Made by a program: the position numbers and the translations under genes
In this document: one piece after another, positions 45,668-57,600 of the stretch
Numbering within the stretch: position 1 is the first letter of the stretch
Layout of the letters: each line of letters starts with the position of its first letter
The notes under the pieces: model-generated
What the model was told of the DNA's origin: nothing
What the model saw: only the letters and a program-made list of their open reading frames with translations
The model's database searches: none
NCBI RefSeq assembly: GCF_018350175.1
Contig: NC_058382.1
Location: forward strand, 8,618,001 to 8,682,000
From: Felis catus
Taxonomy: Eukaryota
Direction of reading: 5' to 3'
DNA length: 64,000 nt

Positions 45668-48600
45668 TCACTCTGGCGCAGCCTCCATCAAATACCCGTT
45701 CTCTGGAGCAAGATACCCATCACCTCCTTCAGACTCCATGTACATGTCTCGGCTTTCGTTGCCCAGACCCTCCAGCCCGTTGTCCTGGCCGCCACCACCC
45801 CCACCTCGGGCCTCATCCCTGCCCCGTTCACCACCCCGCTCCCCCCGCTTGTGATCGCGATCCCGGTCTCGGTCGCGGTCCCGGCGCCGCTCCCGTTCGC
45901 TCCGGTGGCTCCGACGTCGTTCCCGGTCTCGATCCCGGCCCTTCTCCTCTGGACCGTCAGGGCCGTCAGGACCCAGCTCCCCAGGAGGCCCGTCATCAGG
46001 CGGCGCATCACCAGCCTCGGAGGGCTCCGCCATGTCGCCACCGCCTCCGCCACCACGTAGCTCCTCCTTGCGCTCCCGCTCGCGTCGTGCCCGCTCCCGG
46101 CTCCGGCTACTTCGCCGCTTCCGTTCCCGGTCCTTGTCCTTGCTACGCTCCCTGGATCGCCTCCGCTCCTCCTTGTCGCGACTCCGTGAGCGCCGCCGCC
46201 GGTCCCGAGAGCGGGAGCGTCGCCGTTCTCGCTCCTTGTCTCTCTCGCGGCTTCGTTCCCTGCGCTCCCGCTCGCGGTCCCGGTCCCGGTCCCTGTGGGG
46301 AAGCGGGGAGGGGCCGGGCCTGGATGAGGTGGGCAGAGGTTTGTGGCGGGGCTCCCCCACGTGACCGCCCGCATCCCAGGAAACCAGCTGCCCAATCTTA
46401 CCTCTCATCGTAGCGGGAAGTATCATCCCGGCCCGAATGCCGGATGTTCACGTCGGCCCCGCCTCTTCTGGTACCACCGAGGCCACCTCCTGGGGCGGGG
46501 GCGGGCGGAGAAAGGGTCAGTCCAAACAGGGCACTCAGGGAAGGGAGACGAGGCGCATCAAAGAGCAAAAGGCAGGCCTGCAACCGCCAGTGGCGGGTGC
46601 GCTTTAACAGGACAGCTGTGTTCACACACTTGAGGCCTTTCCCCAAGCGCCAGCTGGTCAACACCTGTACTCAGACTCCAAAGCGCACCCTTAACCTCCA
46701 AGTCCACACAGCCTCCCAAACCCCTTCTGCTCAGCTGCCTCCCGACACGCCGCCAAGCTAGAAACCTAACTAAAAAACGTGGTCGGCCTCAAATCCTCCA
46801 AGTTTCCCACTGCCTTTACTCCAGAATCTCCATCAAGCGGCCTCCAGAAGCTGGCCACTGGTTCTTCATTTTCGGGGCGCTTTTCAACCCCCTCACACTC
46901 TGTCTCGTCTCCTTTCTGCCCCACTCCGGGGGATCATTCACTGCTCCCCGTGGGGTCTGCTCTTCCCTGTCCGGTCAACTTACTCCCCCTTTACGGGTCC
47001 TCCTGAACACCATTTCCACCGCAAGCCTTCCCGAACCTACCCCACTGCCCGGTTCCCCACCATTTACTCACGGACTGAATACATTTCTTTCCTAAAACTT
47101 CAGGTGGCGCTTCACAGTGCACACGCCCCTGTGAGCAGGGAACTCCTGCCTCTCCAGACTGCTACGCACCGTGAAAGTCAGGACTAGGTCTGGATTTGCC
47201 GTCACCGGCATGTAACGTAAGTGTCTACGCACAGTAGTCAAAGGACAACTAAGGAGCAACGGCGCCTTCTTCGGATGGCAAAGCAAACCCAGAGAGTCAC
47301 TTGCCCACACGGGGACTTGGCAACGAAGGTGCAGAACTGGGACAGGACTCCCGGCCGACTCCAGAAGCTGCCCTCTTGTGCACCGTTCCGCACCACACAG
47401 ACCGGAAGCAAGCTTCAGTGAGGCGGGCCAGAGTTCCACGAAAGGAAAGGACTTCCAGCAGTGCCGGGTGAAAACAGGCAAAGGATGCTCGGAGAGCAAA
47501 CATTCTAACAGGCACAGGCAACTGACCGGGCATCTGGAACGTCACAGGTATGATGCAGAACAGACTTGTGTCTTCAACTGTCAGGTCACAACCCAACAAT
47601 GGATCACATCACCAATTAGATGGGTTGCAACCAACACACGTTAAAAAAAATAAAAGGCACCTGGATGGCTTAGTCGGTAAAGCATCCGACTTGAGCTCAG
47701 GTATTCTGTGGGTTGCATTCTGTGGGTTGGAGCCCCTCGTCGGGCTCTGTGCTGACAACTCAGAGCCCGGAGTCTGCTTCAGATCCTGTGTCTCCCTCTC
47801 TCTGCCCCTCCCCCACTTACTCTCTCCTGGTCAAAAATAAACATTATAAAAAAATTTTTTTAATAAACAAAAAACAGGGGCACCTGGGTGGCTCAGTCGG
47901 TCGAGCGACCGACTTCGGCTCAGGTCATGATCTCACAGTTTGTGAGTTCAAGCCCCACATCGGGCTCTGTGCTGGCAGCTCAGAGCCTGGAGCCTGCTTC
48001 GGATTTTGTGTCTCCCTCTCTCTCTGCCCCTCCCCCACTCATGCTCTGTCTCAGAAATAAACATTAAAAAAATAATTGTAATAGTAATAATAATAATAAT
48101 AAAAAACAAAGGAAAGCAACAGAATATAAAATACTAGTATAGACTGTCTATAAAAAAGGTAATTTCTGGGGGAGCCTGGGTGCCTTAGTTAAGCATCCAA
48201 CTCTTGATTTCAGCTCAGGTCACAGTCTTGCGGTTCGTGAATTCGGGCCCCACATCCGGCTCTGCGCAGATAATGTGGAGTCTGCCTGTGACTCTCTGTC
48301 CCTCCTCCATACTCGCTCTCTCAAAAATAAACATTAAAAAAAAAAAAAGTAATTTCTGTTCATAAAACTTTTGTTTGGGTTATAATTTTGCATGTATTAA
48401 CATGCTGGGTCAGGAAGTACTAGGTACTGCTATCGCAAAACTTGAATGCCAACTGACCTAGAAGATTCTGGGATTCCGGGATTCTACCAGAACAGGAAAC
48501 AGCACTCTGAAGAACTCACTCCACCCCAGAGAAATGAGGGCAAGATAAAAACCGATCTGTTGTTCAGAGACCCAGCAGTTGAATGTGTGGTCTCTGTCAC

Positions 48601-51600
48601 ACAGGCAAGTTCAGGGTGAGAAGAGTGGGCAGGAAGGCAGGGTTAAGAGCAGAGTACTGATCCATCTGACAGGTCTACCCAAGGAGGACCATCTTCCTGG
48701 ACAACTGTCACTCACCCTCAAAGAAGTAGGTCCTTAACAGGCATGTTTGGATGGCAAGACCTCAGACCCAGGCCCAAGGCTGAGCCACTGAGATCCACCC
48801 ACCCCGAAACGCAGAGACTCAGTCAAGACTGAGTATAAAGCAGGACACACACTGGGCCAGTGCAGGGAAACACAGAAGAGATCAGTCTGCACAGATAGCA
48901 GGCAAGACAGAAGCAAGCTGCAGCGACACCAGAGGTGGCTCCTGGCAACTTTAAGGTCTGGCTACCAGGTCCCCTTCAGGCCAACTGGCATCACACATCT
49001 TTGGGCTCCAAAGGATCCGTGGGATTCTCAATCAACAAGGCTCCTCTGTGCTTTAAAATCCTCAAATGTATTTCTGATACCTGCAACCAAACTGACCTTG
49101 ACTGACACTGTGAATGACAATTAGAGACAGACAAAGACCGTCATATATGTATGCCTTACTCTTGACTAAAACACATGGTAAAGGTGCCTGGGTGGCTCAG
49201 TCAGTTAAACATCCAACTCCTGATCTCGGCTCAGGTCACGATCTTATGGTTCGTGGGACTGAGCCCCGTGTCTGGCTGGGTGCCGACAACATGCAGCCTG
49301 CTTGGGATTCTCTCCTTCCCTCAGCCCCCCCGCCCCCCGCCCCATGCACATGGCTCTCTCTCCCTCTCAAAAGAAATAAACATTAAAAAAAATTAGAGTA
49401 AAAACATGGGGGGTGCCTGGGTGGTTCAGTCGGTTAAGCATCTGACTTTGGCTCAGGTTATGATCTCATAGTTCTTGAGTTTGAGCCCCATGTCGGGCTC
49501 TGTGCTGACAGCTCAGAGCCCAGAGATGCTTTGGATTCTGTGTCTCCCTCTCTCTCTGTCCCTCCCCTGCTGGTATATTCTCTCTCTCTCTCTCTCTCTC
49601 AAAAATAAACAAAAAGATTTTTAAAAAAGGAAAAATATGGTAAACAGGCATTTGCTGAACCAACGTATCAACAGACAAGCAAGAGCAAAGAGTCAGTGGA
49701 TGAGAGGGTGACATTTACAACCCTACCAGGGGCTCCTTGCCAAGCTGGGCATCTGGTGTGCTGAGCTTGGTGAACTCTGAGGTGACCCCCACTTTCCAGG
49801 ATAAGGAGAATGAGGCACAAAGAGAGGAAGTCCACCAACTAGAGAGTAACCCAGAACAGGAAGACAGCCCTCAGGAATGATGACGGTGATGAGAGACAAG
49901 CTGGAGAGAGGAAGGAAAGACGTGAGCAGCCAGGCAGGCAGACAGTGGCAGGGAATGCAGAAGGGATGCAGGCCCGCCGGGGCCCAGCCCACACAGGGAG
50001 CGCTCACCTAGCCGCCGGGGCCGCCAGCCCTTCACGGTTCGGCCCCTCTCCACGTCCACAAGGACCCTCCTGCCGTCAATCTTCTTGCCATCTGCGTGCT
50101 TGTAAGCGGCTGCAACAGACGTGGGGGGGGGGGGGGGGGAAAGAGTCCCCAGAGGGTCCTCTAGTCAGGAGAGGGCCCGGCTCTGTGGCATCCCCACCCC
50201 CATGTCCCCATCAAGGCACTCTGTGCGCAGGCGCACACACACACACGCACGCGCGCACACACGCACGCAAGCACACGCCCACCAGACAGCCAGGCAACTG
50301 ACAGCCAGACTGACCCTCTCCCAAACCAGGAGGGGCCTGCTCCATCTTGGAACTTGTTCATCACCCCCCAAATGCTACTGGGGGGAGCAGGACCACCCCA
50401 ACCACCACCCACCCACCTGGGCTGCCAAGCCCTGCCTACTCCCACCCGACAGAGCAGCCCCCTCCTGTCCAGGCGGCCAAAGTCGCTGCAAAGAAACTGA
50501 AGGTTAACTTAAGGTTGGACTCTGCTGTGGGGGAGGGCTCCTCCACAACCCCAGGCATGCACCCTAAAACATCGTGCTGGGGGAGGAGGCCCAGCTGGGC
50601 CGCGCTGCACCCCAGCTCACACCGTTTTATTTTTTATTTTTTTTGTGTTTTGGGGGACGGAGGTGAGTGTGGGGGGAACAGACATCAGAACAGAAAATGA
50701 ACCAGAAAAGGGTGGGAGAAATCTTCAGGAGATGGCAGGGAGCAGAAGGGTGGGGTTACGGTGCTCCCAGGGGGCCTGGAGGGGCCCCCTACAGCAGGTG
50801 GGGGAGAGGGAAAGTGGAGGGAGGCATGGGAGGCGTGCGGTGCTCCTCACAATTCCTGCCTTACCTGAGCCGACTGACTGCCACCCAATCCCAGCCCCCG
50901 TCCCATCTCTCCCTCCACAGCCCCTGCTCAACAAACGCTGGGAGGCCAACCCCAGCCTGAGCCTGCCGGGCAGAGCGAGGAGTAGAGGGGGAGATTCGGG
51001 GTGAGGCATGTTCCTGCTCTTGGGCAGGGCACAGCAATGGGCAGGCCCAACCCAGGGCCTGTCTCACACGGGCGTCGGGAAGGCCAAAAAAGTCCGTTTC
51101 CCACCCCCAGCCCTGGCCTAGGGAGTTGTCCTCANNNNNNNNNNNNNNNNNNNNNNNNNNNNNNNNNNNNNNNNNNNNNNNNNNNNNNNNNNNNNNNNNN
51201 NNNNNNNNNNNNNNNNNNNNNNNNNNNNNNNNNNNNNNNNNNNNNNNNNNNNNNNNNNNNNNNNNNNNNNNNNNNNNNNNNNNNNNNNNNNNNNNNNNNN
51301 NNNNNNNNNNNNNNNNNNNNNNNNNNNNNNNNNNNNNNNNNNNNNNNNNNNNNNNNNNNNNNNNNNNNNNNNNNNNNNNNNNNNNNNNNNNNNNNNNNNN
51401 NNNNNNNNNNNNNNNNNCTAGGGAGCCAGTGGAGAGGAAGAGGAACCACGTCTCCTGCACCACCTGGAGGCAGGCAGAGGAAGTGGCGGACCCCAAAGAA
51501 ACCTCATGGAGGCCTTGAAAGAGGGGGAGACAAGGATTAACATCAAGTCTAGGAGCTGGTAAAGTCCCGGGACTATCTTATTGCATTTAAGAAGGAGGCT

Positions 51601-54600
51601 GGGGAGGCCTCAGAGAACCTGTGCGCCCTCACCTTTCCCGGTAAAGTCCACGCTAAACTAGGCACACGCCCCGCCCCCTCGCAGCACATAGAAGGACTTT
51701 TCCAACTCGAGTTCCACACTCCCTCCCGCCACCTGCAGGTCAAAGGCTGGCACCCAAAGGGGCAGCCTCAAGGGGTCCAGGAGATGGCGTGCAGCCCAGG
51801 ATCTGAGGAGGAGGGGCCGCTCGGCCCCCGAACCCAGAGGAGGGTAGTGGGGGGACGGGAGTGAAGGACCGGGAACACAGTCAGGCAAAGGAACCCTGCT
51901 CTGGTTCAGTGTCCCAAACCCCGGAAGAAGCCCAACCCAGGAGTACCAGCAAAGAAACCACGTGACATGTGTGCTTCTAGGCTCGTCTTTCTCTCCCTCT
52001 CTTAGGTCTCTATAGACAGCGGAAGGGTTTTAAGTAGAATCTACGACACCTTCAGCCCCTGGCAGCCTGTCACTTGGTCCCTCCCACACTCCAATCCCCA
52101 ATTCCGTGCACTCTGCAGAGCCGCTGGGCACTACGGCCCTTAGGTAGGCCTCGACCAGGAGAAGGCAGACAGAAAAGGGGCACAGCACCCTGAATCTAGC
52201 AACCAGAAAGATTCTCCAGGGCCACCACAGTGACAGCCCCACAGAAGCACGGGGGCAGGGAGCAAAGGATTGAAGGGTTCCATGTGGAGCCCTCCCCCCA
52301 GTGCGTCCTGTCTTCGGCATTCCTGTAACCTTCCCACTGACGCCATGAAGCCAGGTTAAGTCAGGGGCTGGGTGGAGCCCAACTGGAGAGGCCAGACGCC
52401 TTTCCAATCAGGGTCCGTCCTTCCCTTCCTGGGACCGACAAGATTACCAGAGAGCCTGTGGACTGGGGGCAGGGGTGGCAGGAGGGACAAAGGGCACCCA
52501 AACAAGGAAAGGGTTCCGGGTGCGGGGAGGCTGAGGGGGCGACTGGGGATGGGAGGAGGGAGGCCTCACTGCTCCTGCACTGCCTGGNNNNNNNNNNNNN
52601 NNNNNNNNNNNNNNNNNNNNNNNNNNNNNNNNNNNNNNNNNNNNNNNNNNNNNNNNNNNNNNNNNNNNNNNNNNNNNNNNNNNNNNNNNNNNNNNNNNNN
52701 NNNNNNNNNNNNNNNNNNNNNNNNNNNNNNNNNNNNNNNNNNNNNNNNNNNNNNNNNNNNNNNNNNNNNNNNNNNNNNNNNNNCCCATCCCGGCCCATGT
52801 GGACGCCGCCGCGGCCTCAAAGGGGGCTTTGGAGATGTGGGGGCAGGCGCCGAACACGCNNNNNNNNNNNNNNNNNNNNNNNNNNNNNNNNNNNNNNNNN
52901 NNNNNNNNNNNNNNNNNNNNNNNNNNNNNNNNNNNNNNNNNNNNNNNNNNNNNNNNNNNNNNNNNNNNNNNNNNNNNNNNNNNNNNNNNNNNNNNNNCCC
53001 CACTTCTGGTGGGGGGAATGGGGAGAGGCTCCCCGAACACCCGACCCCTCCCCCCCACGTCCAGCTGGCCCCAGCTCCCACCCAGTTCCCTCCTTGCCCC
53101 TGAGGTTCAACGTGTGACACTTACCTCCCCGGGTTCACACACACACACACGTTGTGGGGGATTTTGGTTTTTGTTTTTTAAAAAACACGTATATATAAAA
53201 AAAAAAAAGATATATCAGAAACAGAGGGAGGAGGAGAAGAGACATCGCTAATGTCAGGTTTGGCAGGGCAGGGGTTGGGGACAGACGACAGGAAGGGGCT
53301 GGGCAGCAGAGAAGAGAGAGGGTCAGAGGGCAGGGCTCAGGCCAGAGGTACTCACAGTGCATGTCTCGCTCATGTTCGTACTCGATGAAGGCATAGCCAC
53401 GGGGCTTTCCTGACCGCTTGCTGTAGACCATGTGTATCTGACGGAGGCAGCCGGTGGGGGGCGGCGCAGAGATTAGTTCTCAGACAAGGAAATCCCACCC
53501 TTTCAACCACAGAGGCGGCCTACGCCAGCGACAGATGCCTCACACCCTGTCCCCGTCCCTGTCCCTGAGAGCCCCAGGTGACTAATGCCCTCCCAGCACC
53601 GGGCTCAGCAGTGGACGCGCACACTGATCTCAAGCCCTCACTACTGCTCAGAGCGCTCAGGGGACTTTTCGATGAAATCGAGGCCCGCCGGTTAAACACA
53701 AAGCCTTGCTCCACAACAGCAATTGGCACACGCTTCTACATCTTCCCTAAAGGGCCAGACGGCAGATACTTCCAGTTCCATGGACCTGACAGTCTCTGTC
53801 CCGACCACCCGCCTCTGCCTCACAGCAACGGGAGCCGCAGACAACGGTAAACAAACGGGCTTGGCTAGTTACCACTTCTTAATTTTACTCCTGCCACCCA
53901 AAATCCCCTGCGAGGAAGTCTCCTGCCACCCAAAATCCCCTGCGAGGAAGTACAGTCAGAATGGAAAGGCAGCCCATGGACTCTGAAGCCCTGAAATGAT
54001 GGGATGCATCCTTGGGGCCAGGAACCAGCCTTCTCCCTCCACACCCCGCCACCAAATCCCTTTCCAATTCAAATAACCCCCCGTCCCAGTCCACTCACTC
54101 TTTTGATGGGTCCGTACACCTCAAACTCTCTCCGGAGCTTGGATTCTGTTGTGTCATAGTTCTACCAGGAGACAGACAGACACAAAGTTAAGTGGGAGAA
54201 ATTAACCATCCCCAAGCCCTCAGAACATTCCAAGACCTAGCCTACTGTCCTTTGTCCCACACCCAAGCTCTCAGCAGCCCAGGGTTTTGGCTTCTCTGGG
54301 GCTCCAGGGCTGGGGAGCTGGGGACTCACCACTCTAGCCACAAAGAGAGTCTTGAAGGCATCACCCTGAGCATTGGGATCATTGTGAGGGTCCCCTGTAC
54401 AGAAGAAAAGAATGCGTAAGTAGAAAATATCAACAGTCACACACAGCAAGAAAGACGGACAGACAGAGATCCGTTAGAATAAAATTGCTGGTGACCTGGA
54501 GACCTTGGACACACTCCGTTTTCCAGTTTCCCTGGGGCACAGCAGCCTTTATCTCAGTAACCAGTTTAGGCTGATGGGGGAAGGGGACAGGCTGACCTCA

Positions 54601-57600
54601 AGCTGACACTGGATGGGGGCCAGGAGTCTGAACACCATTTCAGACCTACATATGTTAAAGCCCCAGCCCCTTCCAGGTGAAGGCTGGGCATCCAGAGGCA
54701 GCCTGACCACTCCAGGTGCCAGGCTCCCTCCCTCAGCTGCGGGGCCACGCTGCCACCCAACGACACGGCTTGCACCTACAGCCCTCAGGAAAACCTGAGC
54801 TCAAAGGCTGGGAGAGAGCCTAGCAGTGTCTACCTGCTTTCTGCCCCATGACCTCTGTGCCCCAGGGAGAAACCCAGGCCTGGTGCTGGAGCGCACGAAA
54901 TGCTCAACAGGCGCTTACTCCCAACCCTCCTACCACGAGGCCACTGAGGAACAACCATCTCCACAGAACGGAGCCAAAACCTATTACAAAACCAATTCCT
55001 GGGGGGATCCTGGTGGGTCAGGCCTGGGAAGAAGTCCTTTTCACCAACTACAGAGGCCCAAGCACGCACAGCGGTCCTCGACTCCTGCCAGGGTCCCAAA
55101 GGCACCCCGACCACTTCAGAGCAAAGGCGGTTCTTCCATGTGACACGACACAGCACAACCCTTAGAATGACATGTCGTATCCCAGGAGAATGTAAAAAAA
55201 TGAACGTTAATAATTTATCGAACACATAATTAGGCCCAGACACTGCCGCACGCTGAAAATGAATCCTCATTCTGCAAACGGAAACTAAGCCAACCCCCGA
55301 AGCATGGAAGAGGAGAAGTGTCAGAGCAGCAAAGAGGCCAAGCCCGGCTTTACGTCCCAGCCCAACCTCACAGCCCCGGTGTTCTAACTACCAAGCTCCA
55401 TACTGAACACCTACACACCAGCTTCTCAGGATGACAGCCCGGGTGCTGCAAGAAGCCAGAGAAATAAAGCTGCAGATCTGAGGAGGCTAGGCTGCGAACA
55501 CAAGCGAAACTCAAGATGACTTCAGGGAATGTATTACAAACCAGAGAACTGAGCCTAACTACTTGGAAAGTGACGGTGGCCTTTGAAGACAACGCCATCT
55601 TTGCGCCTACCCCCTTCAGTTCCTCACCATCCCTCATCCTTCTGTGCCGTAGTTTTCTGTGCCCCGGTATCTCGATCTACACCGACCGCTCTCGCCCGTT
55701 CGTCCAACAGGTATCTGTGCAGTGCTGGCGAGTTCCCGGAACCGTCGTACGGAGCCAGGGATTCAGCGGCGCACAAGACAAAACACAGCCCCGTCCTCTC
55801 AAAGCTCAGATACTCATGCGGGGAGGCCGACAGCAAACTCGGTGAGGAAGTCATCTGGTTCCATCACACAGTGACAGACCCAGGGTGAAGAGTTGTAATG
55901 GGCAGGTCAGGAAAGGCCTCACCAGGATGAGGACATCTGACTGAAGACCTGAAACCGTCACAGCTGCAACGGGAAACGCATCTGCCAACCCTAGGCAGCA
56001 GGTGGCCTAACAGGCGGGGTAGGAATGCTAAGGCTACAATGGTTGCAGGGGATGGGGGAGAGGACCAAGGCCAAACAGCAGAGACCCGAAACTTCCTGAC
56101 GTGCCGTGGAGGTGCCCGGCAGCATCCAAGGGACACTGCAGAACTCTCTGCGGTTCTTGCTTACTCGAGGGGTTGCCCTTGAGGGTGGCCAAAGGCAAAA
56201 ACTAGTGCAGCCGAGCCGAGAACACCCATGGGTCTGCAAAAAGAAGACGTCAGCAGGAAGAGGGCAGCAGAGAACTGAAGCCGGTCAGCAGCTCACCAGT
56301 TGGTGCACTTGTGCGCACAAACTCAGGGAACTCCCGTGCTGGCACCTCTGCCCTTGGAAAACCCCTGGTTAAAGGGATTATCTAGGTAGCAACCCCGAGC
56401 AGGAGCCTGAAGAAACGCCCTATGGAGCCGGGAAGCCTGTTTAGGCTTTCAAATGGTAGGAAAAGTATTTCGAAACTCTCGGCTCTTGGGAAGTATACTG
56501 CCCTCAACGAGCACCGGGTTTCCTGATCTTAAAAATGGGAGTAATAACCCCCCGCCACACTTGGAAGCTGGGAGAAGTCAACGGTATGAAGTACACCAAT
56601 TGCTTAACAAGGGACAAGGTCCCCTCTAATGGTAGCTGCTACCGGTGACAAGGCAGAGCCAACTTCTGTAGTCGGAGGTGGAGGCTCTTAGGGCCATGAA
56701 AACCCTAACGTACTTGACCTGTTTTTTTTTTTTTTTCTTTCCAGTTATGCAGAAGTTCAAACACTGAGGGAAGCAGAGAAAAATATAATGAAGCCCTATG
56801 AACCAGCTTCAATTATCAACACATGGCCATGTTTGCTTCATCTGTACCCCCATCCCACCAAAGTATTTTAAATCAAACACCAGACATAGCATTGCAGTCT
56901 CTAACAAAGAATTTTAAAGAAATCATCACCACCGTACTCTTACTAGACCTTAAAAGGTTAAGGTCAGCTCCTTAACCCGAAACCCAAGGTTCAAATGTAC
57001 TCCGTTATTTCCAAAACTGGACTTTTAAAGTTAGTTTTTTTTTTTTTTAACGCTTATTTAAAAAGAATGGGGCAGGGGGGACATAGATCTGAAGCTGACG
57101 GAACAGAGCCTGATGCAGGACTCTGTACCCACAAACCATGATATCAAGACCTGAGCCAAAGTTGGACATTTAACTGACTGAGCCACCCAGGCGCCCCAAT
57201 GCAGTTACCTCATTTAAATCAGGATCCAAACAACCATACACATCACTTGCTTGACCAATCTTTTGATTCTTTAATCGTTTTTGGTCCACTCCCTGCCCTT
57301 TTTCTCCTTGTCATTTATTTGTTAAAGAAACTGAGTTACAACTTTGTTTTATACCATTTCCCACATCCTGAATTCGACCAACTACATCTTTATGATGTCG
57401 TTTAACCTACCAAAATCCCATTCTTAAAAGTGTGGAAAATAACTTCTAACGGGAGAAAAGATTTATCCAAGGCCACCTGGCAGTTAAGCAGCAGGATCGG
57501 GGTTACAACGCACAAGGGTCAGACTGCAAGGCCTGTGCCCTACAATGCAACCAAGACTCCCCAGATTAACTGCCGACAATTCTGTGTGCCGAGCCCTATA

